DNA of 64,000 bases. Source: Alloascoidea hylecoeti. Lineage: Eukaryota. Each line of letters opens with the position of its first letter. Position 1 is the stretch's first letter. A model generated the notes under the pieces. That model did not search any database. It was not told the DNA's origin and saw only the letters and a list, made by a program, of their open reading frames with translations. This document shows positions 24,570-35,812 of the stretch, one piece after another. The stretch spans positions 401,974 through 465,973 of the forward strand of contig BCKZ01000018.1 in the NCBI GenBank assembly GCA_001600815.1, given 5' to 3'. Position numbers and translations under genes: made by a program.

Positions 24570-25166
24570 TATATTGATTCGGATGAGAATCTGCCTTATT
24601 TACACCCGGATTTAAGAATATCACAAATTCATTTCAATAAAGATAAAATCGTTCCATTGATAAGCCCAATTAAACGAATATTTTATATAAGTCCATATGG
24701 AGAGGAATTCCACCCAAGGGCCCACACCCGAGTAATCAAGTCTATTGGGAAAAGTGATGCTATCATCTATTCGATTGGCAGCCTACTGACAAGCACAATA
24801 CCGGTGGTTATCTTGCAAGGGGTTGGGCAAGCCATCAGGGAATCGGCGACAGCCAAAAAGAAGGTATTGCTCCTGAATGGCAGTATCGACCGAGAAACAT
24901 TAGGGCTGGATGGGACAGGGTTCGTGCGAATGATAGTAGAAGCGGCGATTTACAGCATTCAGGGCGGAGAAGATGTGGAGACGGTGGACTGGAGTCAGTA
25001 CGTAACCCATGTAGTGTATATTACAGGAGGGGTGCCCGTGAGGCAGGAGGAGGTTGAATCGCACGGGATCCGGTGCCTTGGAGTGAAGGGGATTCTGTGC
25101 GGGCAACAACTACACTACGAAGCAGAAGATCTTGGACAGGTGCTGGGGGAAATAATATCTGAGTGA
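23757..25166 (+). CDS. CofD/YvcK (UPF0052) family protein, YNL011C homologue
   Basis: ISGGTATN, YILPVSDNGGSTSELIRVLGGPALGDIRSR, ASIGNLFLTGARLF, GQSQISHP, IKRIFYISPYGEE, IIYSIGSLLTS and LLNGSIDRET. Confidence 0.9.
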
Positions 25167-25470
25167 ATATGGTAAACATGGGCGAATTATAATACCACCG
25201 AAAAGAGCCCGCAAAGAGCTGTTTCCGGTAGAAATAGAAGATTGGTAGGCACATGGTTGGATGAGAAGGCGTTACTCCAGCCTGCAACATCACGCCCAGA
25301 ATGGTAAGATGGATGCAACACTCATGTGCCTTTGCATGGCATGCGAACGGAAAGGATCTTCCATTAATGTGTTTATACATGATATTGAGATATCAACTTT
25401 ATAATTTATAATTTATAATTTATATATCTTTAATTTTTTTCTCTTCTTCCTCTCCATATTATATTTCATA

Positions 25471-26458
25471 ATGACAACATCTTCCTCAAGTGCTCCTCAA
25501 GCAATAGTCTTCACAGATTGGGACGGAACGGTGACGCAGCAGGTAAGCCGCACCAGCAGATCAGTGTCTGATCTTGATCTTTAGGACCGCACCGAAGACT
25601 AACGCCAACTGCATTTTTCACAGGATGGTAATGACTATTTGGCGGATAATTTGGGGGTGGGTCCAGAACGACGCCGCGAGATCAATGTAGAGATTCTGGA
25701 GGGGAAAAACAGCTTCAGGTTAGTATTCTCCCACCTGGCTGGCCTGGCCTGGCCTGCCTGGCCTGGCCGGCAGCATCGTAAACACGAGCACTAACAGCTA
25801 TTGACATTTGCAGAGAAGGCTTCCAGGAGATGGTGGACTCCATAACACTGCCTTTCGACGAGTGCATCGAGCTGGTTAAACGAGGTAAGTTGAGATATGT
25901 GACTCCCGATTATTAAAGTTGTTCTATAATCATCGCCAGTGATGGATCGCATGCTAACGTGAAATAGATGTGGAACTGGATCCCGGATTCGCTGACTTTT
26001 ACCTGTGGTGTAGATCGAATAATGTCACTCTGATCGTTGTGTCAGGAGGCATGAAACCTCTCATATCGGCCCTTCTGGGACACCGTCTGGGCCAGGGAGC
26101 CTTGGAAAACATCGAGATCATATCGAATGACGCTACTGTCGATGAAAATGGTGCATGGGACATAGTGTACCGTGATGACACAATCTTTGGTCACGATAAA
26201 TCAAATGCCATCCGTCCTTACAACAGAGCCCCTGCTGGACAGAGGCCGCTCCTCTTTTATTGTGGTGATGGGGTCTCTGATTTAAGTGCTGCTCGTGAAA
26301 CGGATCTACTATTTGCTAAACGTGGTAGGGACTTAATTACCTTCTGCAAAAGAGAAGGAATTCCTTTTCATACGTTTGATTCCTTCCGCGACATCCAACA
26401 TGAAATCGAATCTATTCTCTCAGGCAACAAGCAACTGGAAGATAGCTTTGAAAATTAA
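25471..26458 (+). CDS. PYP1: Polyol phosphate phosphatase (HAD family, YNL010W); exons 25471-25542, 25624-25718, 25814-25884 and 25968-26458
   Basis: Three in-frame GT-AG introns join AIVFTDWDGTVTQQD-GNDYL, SFREGFQEM, LDPGF, VVSGGMKP, FGHDKS and FYCGDGVSDLSAARETDLLFAK. Confidence 0.92.
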
Positions 26459-26942
26459 TTAATATTTTCAGACATTTTCAAACATTTTCAAACATTTTCA
26501 AACAAATTTAATTATATGTCAAACAAATTAAACAAGAATTTAAAAAAAAACATCAATATTGATATTTATTATTATTAATATATATTAATCTATTTTCCAA
26601 CCTCCTCCAATTACAATTCAACTAATATTGTTTTATTTTTGGACTTACTTATTTCCCGATATTAGTGTTCTGATATTTATCTTTAATTCTCATGTTTTCT
26701 ATTTAATAACTCATTTTTATCAAAGTTTATTCAGGTCGGGTACTATGTTTAAATTTGTTATTATTTATATTTTCTTTCTTCATCATCTTTTTCTTTTTTT
26801 GCCAAAAAAAATTTCAAATTTTTCAAAATTTTTTTATGTTATCAATAATACAAACCATTTTTTTTTTTTTTTTTTTTTGTTTATCTATTTCTATTTCTAA
26901 TTCTTTTCTTATTTCTCGTTATAAATAGTATAGACATTAATA

Positions 26943-27470
26943 TTAATTAATGGGATCTTCCTTTTCATGGGCTTCAAGTTTATCCTGTTGTGTAACCCTT
27001 CGTAATACTTCTCTTCTTGAACTTTCTTGAATATTTCCACCTAATAATAATTCATCAAGGATATAATATGCCTTTTGGAAATTGAAAATGATATCTAATT
27101 CACATACATTTCCATAATATTTATCCATTAATTCAACATATCGGTGAATAGTTTCAAGGGCTATGAGTTCATTATCATCTCCATCAATACCTGCAATGAA
27201 AAATAATGATGCGTATCTTCGATATACAATCTTTGAATCTATTAAATCATATCGGTTAATTTCTTATGTCATTCATCATCTTTCACTTATCATATAAATC
27301 TTCTTACCTTTATATTCCAAAAAATTACACATTCGTGCACGTCTCCCCAAAACAATTGTGATTATTTCCCGAATAATCTTGGTTCGATCTTTTGTAGATA
27401 TTGTTTGAAACCATTTAACCAATCTGACTTTGCCCTGACGAGACAACAATATCATATATCGTAGAGCCAT
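26943..27470 (-). CDS. APS1: AP-1 adaptor small (sigma) subunit; exons 27470-27308 and 27238-26943
   Basis: [13 protein letters not shown], spliced [22 protein letters not shown], and [23 protein letters not shown]. Confidence 0.93.
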
Positions 27471-27657
27471 CCTTTTGAATAATAACTAACCCTTTTAAAA
27501 TCAACTTTGCCAGATACACAAAAGGAAAGTTGTATGGGTGTAACACAACCCTTCACCAATGTGTATAATTAGGCCTTGATAGTATAATTATTATATGCTG
27601 CTAACTAAACTACCTTAATAATATGCGATTATACTATATATGCTATATATTTACCAT

Positions 27658-29523
27658 CTATTCCATGAATGGTATTGTATCATATAAATGCTGTAATTGT
27701 TCATTAATCTCTAAGCATAAATCTGATCTTTTAACCTTTTTAAAAGTATCAACTTCAATCCTTTTTTTACATAATAATTCATCCATGATAGTCCATGTTG
27801 AAAGCTCAAAATCATAACCGATTAATTTTGTCATACCTGTTCCATATAATCTTCGTCGAACATTTGATTTTGTAGTTAATTTCTTACCTGTTTTTAATTC
27901 CCATGGATTTAATTTTGGAAAATTAGCATGAATGAATAATACTCCTGGGGCACTTAAAGGATTTTTTTCAGTTAGATCTTGTTCATTGTATCCTTCCCGA
28001 GTATTTGCCGCACTAGATTTGGTTTGCCCTCCAGATCTAGTCTTAGATCCACTATTAACAGGTAGTAATTGTTTCTTTGGATCAACTTCCATCTCAATTT
28101 CTCTACTAACTAATTTATGAGAATTTAAATTTTGATCTTCCTTTATCAATAATGTCTCTTCATTTTTTCTACCAATTGGTTTATCCACTTTTAAGGTACT
28201 CTTATTATTTAATAATTTCTTATTTTCCATAGTATGTTTAAAAAGATTATAATCTGCAACTGGATCATATTGTCCCATTCCAGTACCAATAAATTCAGTA
28301 CGATCAGTTTCATCCCAATATCCAAGAGCATTTAAAAATTTCTGTACTTGATAAAAATTCTCTTTTACAACGACAGCTGCAGCTAAAAATGTTTCTTTAT
28401 CTCCTTCTCCATCAGATCCTTGTGAAAATAATGGATAAAAATGAGTTGGACCAAATAAGTTATAGTATAATGATAAAAACATTGTTTTTGAATGAGTTGC
28501 TTTACTTAATAATAATTGTCCACTTTCTGAAGTTGGATCAGGTATTGCACCTTCTCGATCATGTAATGGAATACTATTAAGATTATTAATATCACCTCTT
28601 ATTCTTTTTGTTGATACATCAATACCGGCAATTTTATAATAATATGGTGACGTGGCTCTTCTCCAAAAATCAGGCCAAACAACAAGACCATAAGATAAAA
28701 ATGGATCAGAAGTAAATAAATAATCAGGATTATGAGCAGGAATATTATCAGAATCTAATAATAGAACATTTTCAAATGATGATATTAATAAAGCTAAAGC
28801 TTTATATTGATAACCTCTAAATTGAAACATACTTGTAACATCTTTACCTAAAGCTTTTGGTAATATAACACATTTTGTATTTAAATTTGGGAAAATATTA
28901 TCACATAATTCAACTTCATATTCTTCTAATGTTGGTATAATTACTTCAATTGGACTTGAACAATTTAAATTATTTCTTAAATGTTGAATAGATAATAAAG
29001 CTAACCAATTGAATTTACCACCACCAACCATTACAATTCCATTACCTTGATATAAATCTTGGGTATTAATATTTGGTAAAGATCTTACTAAATTTTGATG
29101 TGAACTTGATAAAGATATAACTTCTTCATTTGTAAGATCTAAATATTGGCCTAAATATGTTTCAGTAAACATTGGTTCTTCTAATGGTTTTTCATAAGCT
29201 GCGTGATAAATACGTTCATCAACTTTATAATTTGTTAAAGATTGTGTTGTTGGTTTATATTTTGAAAATAATCTAAAAAGTTGTGAATAAATATGTTGAG
29301 CATTTGCATTTCTTGATTTTGAATTATCAATTGCTAAAGATGCTTTTAATTTTGAAGCTGTTGTTGAAGTTGATCTACCCAAAGAATGAAAAAATGATGA
29401 AGAATTCAAGGATGAGGATGGGTCATGAGTATAGAAATTATACAATATAATGACTAAAATGATAGAAAAAATTAAAATCCTTTCATATCGTTTACCACGT
29501 CTTCTTGAAAACCATAGTCTCAT
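27658..29523 (-). CDS. Alpha-1,2-mannosyltransferase (GT71, Mnn2/Mnn5 family)
   Basis: Type II membrane anchor, GIVMVGGG, YQYKALALLISSFENVLLLDSDN, VWPDFW, TSESGQ, GEGDKETF and FIHANFPKLNP. Confidence 0.92.
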   Translation of the reverse strand: MRLWFSRRRGKRYERILIFSIILVIILYNFYTHDPSSSLNSSSFFHSLGRSTSTTASKLKASLAIDNSKSRNANAQHIYSQLFRLFSKYKPTTQSLTNYKVDERIYHAAYEKPLEEPMFTETYLGQYLDLTNEEVISLSSSHQNLVRSLPNINTQDLYQGNGIVMVGGGKFNWLALLSIQHLRNNLNCSSPIEVIIPTLEEYEVELCDNIFPNLNTKCVILPKALGKDVTSMFQFRGYQYKALALLISSFENVLLLDSDNIPAHNPDYLFTSDPFLSYGLVVWPDFWRRATSPYYYKIAGIDVSTKRIRGDINNLNSIPLHDREGAIPDPTSESGQLLLSKATHSKTMFLSLYYNLFGPTHFYPLFSQGSDGEGDKETFLAAAVVVKENFYQVQKFLNALGYWDETDRTEFIGTGMGQYDPVADYNLFKHTMENKKLLNNKSTLKVDKPIGRKNEETLLIKEDQNLNSHKLVSREIEMEVDPKKQLLPVNSGSKTRSGGQTKSSAANTREGYNEQDLTEKNPLSAPGVLFIHANFPKLNPWELKTGKKLTTKSNVRRRLYGTGMTKLIGYDFELSTWTIMDELLCKKRIEVDTFKKVKRSDLCLEINEQLQHLYDTIPFME

Positions 29524-30182
29524 ACTGTCATGAGATTTCTTATCAATGTCTTGAATATCAATTTTTGATCTGGTTCTGGTGGTAGAATTTTCAAGATTTG
29601 CCGACGTGTTTGGATTTGTGCTTGTGCTTGTGTTTGGATTTGAGTTTGAGTTTGTGTGGGTGTGCGTATTTGTGTCAGGATGACTACGGACACGGTAATG
29701 AGTATTCTTTGGGGCTAGTATTTTGGATGGTAGTGCGCACGGAGTGGGTGATGATGGTGAATGTTGACGGTAATGTCAAGTTGCGGAGATGGCCTATATG
29801 TAGGAGAAAGAGAGGAAAGTGGAAAAAGAGAAGTATTTTTAAAATAGTAAATCCCAAGGTTTTAAAGTTGGATAGTTAAGAGTTGCCCTATGTTTCATGC
29901 ACAAATAATATTTCAAAACCTTTTCTATTTTTTAAGCTCTACTTTCCGATAATCCACTATGATAAACTGCTATTGAGATCTCTTGTTTCAATCTAGGCCT
30001 GGACGTCTAAATATAGGGCTAATATAAGCTTAAGGTATCTACATGTGGAAATATTTTTTTCATGTATAGCAATTGCAATATTATGTAAAATATTTACGCC
30101 TATTTACAGTGCCTAGATTGTTGATATGTTATCTACAAGATTTGTTCTCCGCAAATGAATATGAATGCAAAAACAGAACAGT

Positions 30183-32714
30183 TTATAGGTTTTGAATAAT
30201 TTCATCCCTTCGAGCTCTATTAACAGGTTCAAATCCTTCTAATTCCATATTAAAATTGCCTCTACCTTGTGTAAGACTTCTTAAAACATTCACATAACCC
30301 ACCATTTCTCGTAAAGGAGTTCTGGCTCTAATAATTTTAGAACCAGATTCTGATCTGTTTCCATGTTTACTCATATATAATGTCAAATCTTTTGGAACAT
30401 GGATTTTCTCAACTTCTGCACGCGAATCAAAGTCTGATTTATCATTTATTGAAATTTCATGAGTTGATTCATCTTCAATTCCTTCAATTTGCCCCTTTCT
30501 ACCAGATGTCATATCATGAGTGATTTTTCCTAAATCTTCTTCTGTAACAGTAACAACAACTTTCATAATTGGTTCCATTAATGCAAATGAATCAGGTTTT
30601 AATTTACTAAGTGCATGTGTCATTGCTTGACGAGTTAATGTTGTAAGAGGCGATGGTATATCAACATCATCAGGCATTTCCCAATTTTTAATTCTTATAT
30701 TAATAGAATGTAATGGGAAATTATATGGTCCACCACTTGATATACATGGAATAACACCCATTTTAAAAGCATTTTCCATTTTTTCTTCAGAAATTAATAA
30801 ATGTTTTAAATCACAATCATATGTTATGAAATTGTTATCAAAACCAAGATTTTCAGAATTTTCATTATTTTCAGAATTTTCAGAATTTTCATTATTTTCA
30901 GAATTTTCATTATTTTCAGAATTTTCATTATTTAATTGATCATTAGACATTTCAACTTGTAAAGTTACTGAATATTGATCTTCAATAGTTTTTTTACATT
31001 CAATTGTAGTTTGTAAAATTGTTTCTTTATATGAAACCATAATTTTACCCATTTCAACCCTTGCTTTCATTTCATTAATCAAACGATCTCTAATAATTTC
31101 TAAATGTAATTCACCCATCCCACTAATTAAAGTTTGTCCAGTTTCTTCATCAATATTAACATGTAAACTTGGATCTTCACGTATTAAAATTTCTAAACAT
31201 TCATCCATATTTCTTTTATCAGAAATTGTTAATGGTTCCAAAGATGCAAAAAATACTGGTGATGGGACTTTAATTGGTAACAATTTAATACTTTTTTCTT
31301 GTTCTGAAAAGGAATTAATACCATTTTTTTTAGTTGAATGTCCAATTATTGTATCACCAGTTCTTAAAGCTTTTGACCCACATATAACTCCAATGTTTCC
31401 ATTATCAATACTTGGAATATCTATTGGTGAATCTGCATGCATTAATAATAATTTCCCAATTCGTTCTTTTTCTCCTGTTGATGTATTTAAAACTGTTGCT
31501 CCTGATTTTAAAGAATTTTTATACATTCTAACAAATACCATAATTCCTCTGTTAATATCATTAACTACTTTGAATGCTAAACCAACAATCATTTGACTAT
31601 TAACCGTATCTAAGTTTTTAGATATTATCCCATCATTTTGATCTATTGTTTCAGGTAAATTTTTTGATAGATGTTTTTTACTACTTTTATTTTTAGTCCT
31701 TTGCATTTCAATAATTGGTGGAGCACGTTCTAAAGGAGATGGTAAATATTCAACAATTGCTTCTAATAAAGGTTGAACACCAATATTTTTAAAACTTGCA
31801 CCACAAAGAATAGGAACAATTTCATTTTTTAAAGTTGCAATTCTTAAAGCTTTTTTAATTGAAGTAGCTGATAATTCCATATAATTATATTCAGAATCTT
31901 CTAAATTAAAAAATTCTTCAACAAGTGATTCATTTAATTCAGTTAATGTTTCAATTAATGAAGTACGACATTTTAAACATTCATCAAAAATTAATGGTGT
32001 TGATTCTTTTGTTATATCAATTATTGAAATTTCTGGATCATTACCATTAATTGAATCAGACCATTTAAATATTTTTTTATCAATTATATCAATAATACCA
32101 ATAAATTTTTCATCATGAGTACCTTGATTTAAAAAAAATGGTATATTAACTAATCCAACTTTTGTATTTAATTTTGTTATAATTTCTTTAACAGTTCTAC
32201 TAAAACCAGAACCATCTCTATCCATTTTATTTATAAAAATAATTTTTGGAATTTGAAAATCAATTGCTTGTTTCCAAACTTTTTCAGTTTGTGATTCAAC
32301 TCCAGCAACTCCATCTAAAATTGTTATACAACCATCTAAAACTCTTAATGATCTAATTACTTCAAATGTAAAATCTGCATGCCCTGGAGTATCAATTAAA
32401 TTAATTTTATGATTTTTCCAATATAGTGTTATTGCTGCTGAAGTTATTGTTATACCTCTACTTCTTTCAGCAGGTAAATAATCCATTACTGTATCTCCAT
32501 CATCAACATTACCAATTCTTTTAATCAATCCTGAATAATATAACATTCGTTCAGTAGTTGTTGTTTTACCTGCATCGATATGGGCAATAATTCCAATATT
32601 TCGTATCTTATCAGTTTTAGTAATTGTAGGAATTGTAGAATAACTTCGTAAAGGCTTCCATAATGATATTAATTGTTTCCGAAGAAGTGGTCTAGCCAGC
32701 TCCATAAGAATCAT
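30183..32714 (-). CDS. MEF2: Mitochondrial EF-G2 / ribosome-releasing factor 2
   Basis: RNIGIIAHIDAGKTTTTERMLYYSG, GDTVMDYLPAERSRGITITSAA, DTPGHADFTFEV, NKMD and GMGELHLEI. Contains an (NNENSE)n insert. Confidence 0.95.
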   Translation of the reverse strand: MILMELARPLLRKQLISLWKPLRSYSTIPTITKTDKIRNIGIIAHIDAGKTTTTERMLYYSGLIKRIGNVDDGDTVMDYLPAERSRGITITSAAITLYWKNHKINLIDTPGHADFTFEVIRSLRVLDGCITILDGVAGVESQTEKVWKQAIDFQIPKIIFINKMDRDGSGFSRTVKEIITKLNTKVGLVNIPFFLNQGTHDEKFIGIIDIIDKKIFKWSDSINGNDPEISIIDITKESTPLIFDECLKCRTSLIETLTELNESLVEEFFNLEDSEYNYMELSATSIKKALRIATLKNEIVPILCGASFKNIGVQPLLEAIVEYLPSPLERAPPIIEMQRTKNKSSKKHLSKNLPETIDQNDGIISKNLDTVNSQMIVGLAFKVVNDINRGIMVFVRMYKNSLKSGATVLNTSTGEKERIGKLLLMHADSPIDIPSIDNGNIGVICGSKALRTGDTIIGHSTKKNGINSFSEQEKSIKLLPIKVPSPVFFASLEPLTISDKRNMDECLEILIREDPSLHVNIDEETGQTLISGMGELHLEIIRDRLINEMKARVEMGKIMVSYKETILQTTIECKKTIEDQYSVTLQVEMSNDQLNNENSENNENSENNENSENSENNENSENLGFDNNFITYDCDLKHLLISEEKMENAFKMGVIPCISSGGPYNFPLHSINIRIKNWEMPDDVDIPSPLTTLTRQAMTHALSKLKPDSFALMEPIMKVVVTVTEEDLGKITHDMTSGRKGQIEGIEDESTHEISINDKSDFDSRAEVEKIHVPKDLTLYMSKHGNRSESGSKIIRARTPLREMVGYVNVLRSLTQGRGNFNMELEGFEPVNRARRDEIIQNL

Positions 32715-33064
32715 TTTTCATCCTTTCAAGGTACACAAAGTTTCAATATTTCAAATTTATTTAGCCGGGTAATTCTATCAACTCTCTCTACATTAAATAT
32801 ATATTTGAAAATGAAGATGAATTTAAATATGAATTTGTATTAAGTAATAAATATAAAAGATAAAAGTAAAATTTTAATCAATTGTTAAAATATGATTATA
32901 TATATATATACACGTATTAAATAGAATAAGTGAAAAGTCATTAATAATTTTTATGTTCTAAATTTTAAATCTAATGTTGAAATTAGAAAATAAAAGATAA
33001 ACCATCAAGAGAACAAAGAGTGAAAGAGAATTAAAGAAGAAAAAAATAAAAAAATAAAAAAAAA

Positions 33065-33907
33065 TTATTTCCCTAATAAACTTAAGAATTCTTCTCTTGT
33101 TTTACTCATTTCTCTAAAAGTCCCCAACATACAACTAGTAACAGTTTTACTACCCAATTTTTGAACACCACGCATAACCATACACATATGTTCACATTCA
33201 ATGACAACAGCAACACCTTGAGGTTGTAAAATTTCACTTAAAGCCATTGCAATTTGTTTAGTTAATCTTTCTTGAACTTGTAATCTTCTTGAATACATTT
33301 CAGCTAATCTTGCTAATTTTGATAAACCTAAAACTCTTTTATTTGGTATATAACCAATTGAAACTTTCCCATGAAATGGTACTAGATGATGTTCACATAA
33401 AGAAAAAATTGGAATATCTTTAACAATTACCATTTCATCATGATCTTCTTCAAATATTGCATTATTTATAATATTTGTTAAATTTTCTTCATAACCTTTT
33501 GTAAAAAATAGCATTGCTTTCGCATAACGATCAGGAGTTTTTAATAAACCTTCACGATTAACATCTTCTCCCAATTCGGTTAATAATACTTTTACAGCAT
33601 CAGCGATTCTTTTTGTTCTTTCAGTTGATTCATCATTTGATTCTTCTAATCTATTTCTTGCACCTGGAGAAGGCCAAGATAAACCATCATAATCAACAGG
33701 AGGTAAGATTGTGTGTGGGGATATACGACGGGTTGATAATGGAGTACCAGGAAGAGTTGGAGGTTTTTGAGGAATTGTAGATATATTTAAAGAATTTGAA
33801 GAAAGATGAACGGTGTTACGTTGAGGTTTTGGATGATTTAAGATGGTTGTTGCGATATTATGATCATGATCGTTTGAATCATCGACACTACTTGATTTGT
33901 CCGACAT
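33065..33907 (-). CDS. FOL2: GTP cyclohydrolase I
   Basis: [51 protein letters not shown] and [11 protein letters not shown]. Confidence 0.97.
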   Translation of the reverse strand: MSDKSSSVDDSNDHDHNIATTILNHPKPQRNTVHLSSNSLNISTIPQKPPTLPGTPLSTRRISPHTILPPVDYDGLSWPSPGARNRLEESNDESTERTKRIADAVKVLLTELGEDVNREGLLKTPDRYAKAMLFFTKGYEENLTNIINNAIFEEDHDEMVIVKDIPIFSLCEHHLVPFHGKVSIGYIPNKRVLGLSKLARLAEMYSRRLQVQERLTKQIAMALSEILQPQGVAVVIECEHMCMVMRGVQKLGSKTVTSCMLGTFREMSKTREEFLSLLGK

Positions 33908-33939
33908 TTTTAAAGAACTTTTAAAGAATTTTTAAAGAA

Positions 33940-34340
33940 TTTTTAATGATTGTTAAAAGAATTTTTAATAAATACTCAATGAATTATGAATATATGATTT
34001 TATGATTTTATGATTTTATGATTTTATGATTTTATGACTTGGAAATAAATAAAAAAGAGTACTAAATTAATTTTTTTTGAAATATTTAAATTATACAGTA
34101 TGAGTAATATGGTAGTACATGGAAAAACATTGAATAAAAAAAAAAGCTCACAACAAAAAAAACCGAAAATATAAAATATTTTCCGAATTTCGAGCGAAAT
34201 ATGAAAAAGTTTGAATTTTCCGAGTCCTTTGCACGTTCGGCAGAATTCGGAACCGAGCTGATCCCACATTCGGCCGGATCCACCACAGGTACCGCATAAA
34301 TTCCCAAGCTTACCATGCCGGAGTACCGCTACTTGCACGG
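33940..34340 (-). repeat. Diverged tandem duplicate of the HUA1 3' end and 3' flank
   Basis: 34226-34300 aligns without gaps to 34576-34650 (62/75 by hand count) and reads LCGTCGGSGRMWDQLGSEFCRTCKGLGK. Region 33940-34070 resembles 34418-34530. Confidence 0.85.
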
Positions 34341-34556
34341 GAGCCCGCAGGCGGGTCGCATCGCTTAGCTAAGCACGAACGTATTCCGTAGAGCATTGGC
34401 CAATGCCACAAAGGTTAGAATTTTTTAATGATTGTTCAATGAATTTTTATATATAGAATATTTAATGAATACTCAACGAATTATAAATTATATGAGTAAC
34501 AGAAGAGATTGAAAAATAAATAAGATGTAGCACGATATGTTATGACACAACCCAAA

Positions 34557-35078
34557 TCAAAGCAAACGGCCAACTCCTTTGCACGTAGGACACAATTCGG
34601 ATCCAAACAGGTCCCAGATTTGGCCGGATCCACGACAGGCACCGCATAAAACACCTCCGATGCTGGGATCGCCAGGCTGGACCATGCGGGGGACTCGGGG
34701 GACTCGGGGGACTCGGGGCATTAGGGGTGCTTGGATCACGCGGGGAATTCCGGCGTTAAAGGACAGGGAGCGAGGGGCAGAGCTGGGCTGGTACTGGGCA
34801 GTGTTTGGGGTGGCGAACAGGAAATAGCATGATTTGCAGGTGTTGCCGTTCTTCAACTTCGTGCCCGTATTGTGGCACTTGGGACACCAGTAGTTGTCCG
34901 GGTAGTGGAGACGCGGGTTGCCGTTGTAGTTGTTCGGGTACGGCTGTGGGTACGGCTGTGGGTACGACTGAGGGTGGTTGTACTGTGGGGGTGCCTGGGA
35001 TGTGCTTGCTCTGCTTGCTCTGCCGTTGCCCGCATTCGGGTCGTATCTGGAGTAGGGAGGAGGATTCTCTTTTGGCAT
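34557..35078 (-). CDS. HUA1: Proline-rich zinc-finger protein Hua1
   Basis: PPPY motif, WCPKCHNTGTKLKNGNTCKSC, VQPGDPSIGGVLCGACRGSG and CPTCKGVGRL. Adjacent to FOL2, as in S. cerevisiae. Confidence 0.9.
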   Translation of the reverse strand: MPKENPPPYSRYDPNAGNGRASRASTSQAPPQYNHPQSYPQPYPQPYPNNYNGNPRLHYPDNYWCPKCHNTGTKLKNGNTCKSCYFLFATPNTAQYQPSSAPRSLSFNAGIPRVIQAPLMPRVPRVPRVPRMVQPGDPSIGGVLCGACRGSGQIWDLFGSELCPTCKGVGRLL

Positions 35079-35153
35079 TGAGTTGAAAGATGGAAGGAGG
35101 GTTAACTACTGACTACTTATATTCTCTCTCAAACCTCCATTTTTCACCACCTA

Positions 35154-35769
35154 ATGATTTGGCTATCGGAAACACAGAGTACGTTCATACTCAACCATAC
35201 TTCTACATATAATTAACTAACCTTCCTCTGCTTCAGAATTTGGTGTTGCCTTCACCGCAGGAGGTATGCTCATCTTCAATTGGTGTCAATCATACCTTTA
35301 TCAGCAGCAATTTTAACAATCTAAATATAGGAGTCTTCTTCTTCTTCTTCGGAATAATCATGTTCTTCGATAGACCTTTATTAGCCCTTGGAAATATCTT
35401 ATTCATCTTTGGTCTTTACTTAATAATCGGTCCAAATAAAGCTTATTCTTTCTTCACAAGGCCAACTAAAATCCGTGGTACAATATTTTTTGTAATAGGT
35501 ATCTTATTAATTTTATTAAAATGGTCAATTATTGGTTTTATAATTGAAATTGTTGGAATATTAGGATTATTTGGTGATTTCTTTGGTATCATTGTTGGTT
35601 TTTTGAAAAGTGTTCCTTATCTTGGTCCTATCTTAACAAATAGATTTATTGAACCTGTAAGTAACATATTCCTATTATTATTCATTTTAATATTCATAAC
35701 TAATTATAAAATATCTAGTACATTGATAAACTAGCTGGTATTACAAGTCAATCAGTTCTTCCAGTGTAA
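35154..35769 (+). CDS. GOT1: Golgi transport protein Got1; exons 35154-35178, 35237-35263, 35331-35656 and 35719-35769
   Basis: Spliced product [42 protein letters not shown]...[19 protein letters not shown]. All three introns are GT-AG and in phase. Confidence 0.93.
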
Positions 35770-35812
35770 ACTATTTATATATTATTGAATTAATGAATAT
35801 AATTCTGATAAT

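Noticed and set aside
34579..35086. Several overlapping ORFs on both strands of HUA1
   Set aside because: Same GC-peak artefact; only the HUA1 frame has family motifs.
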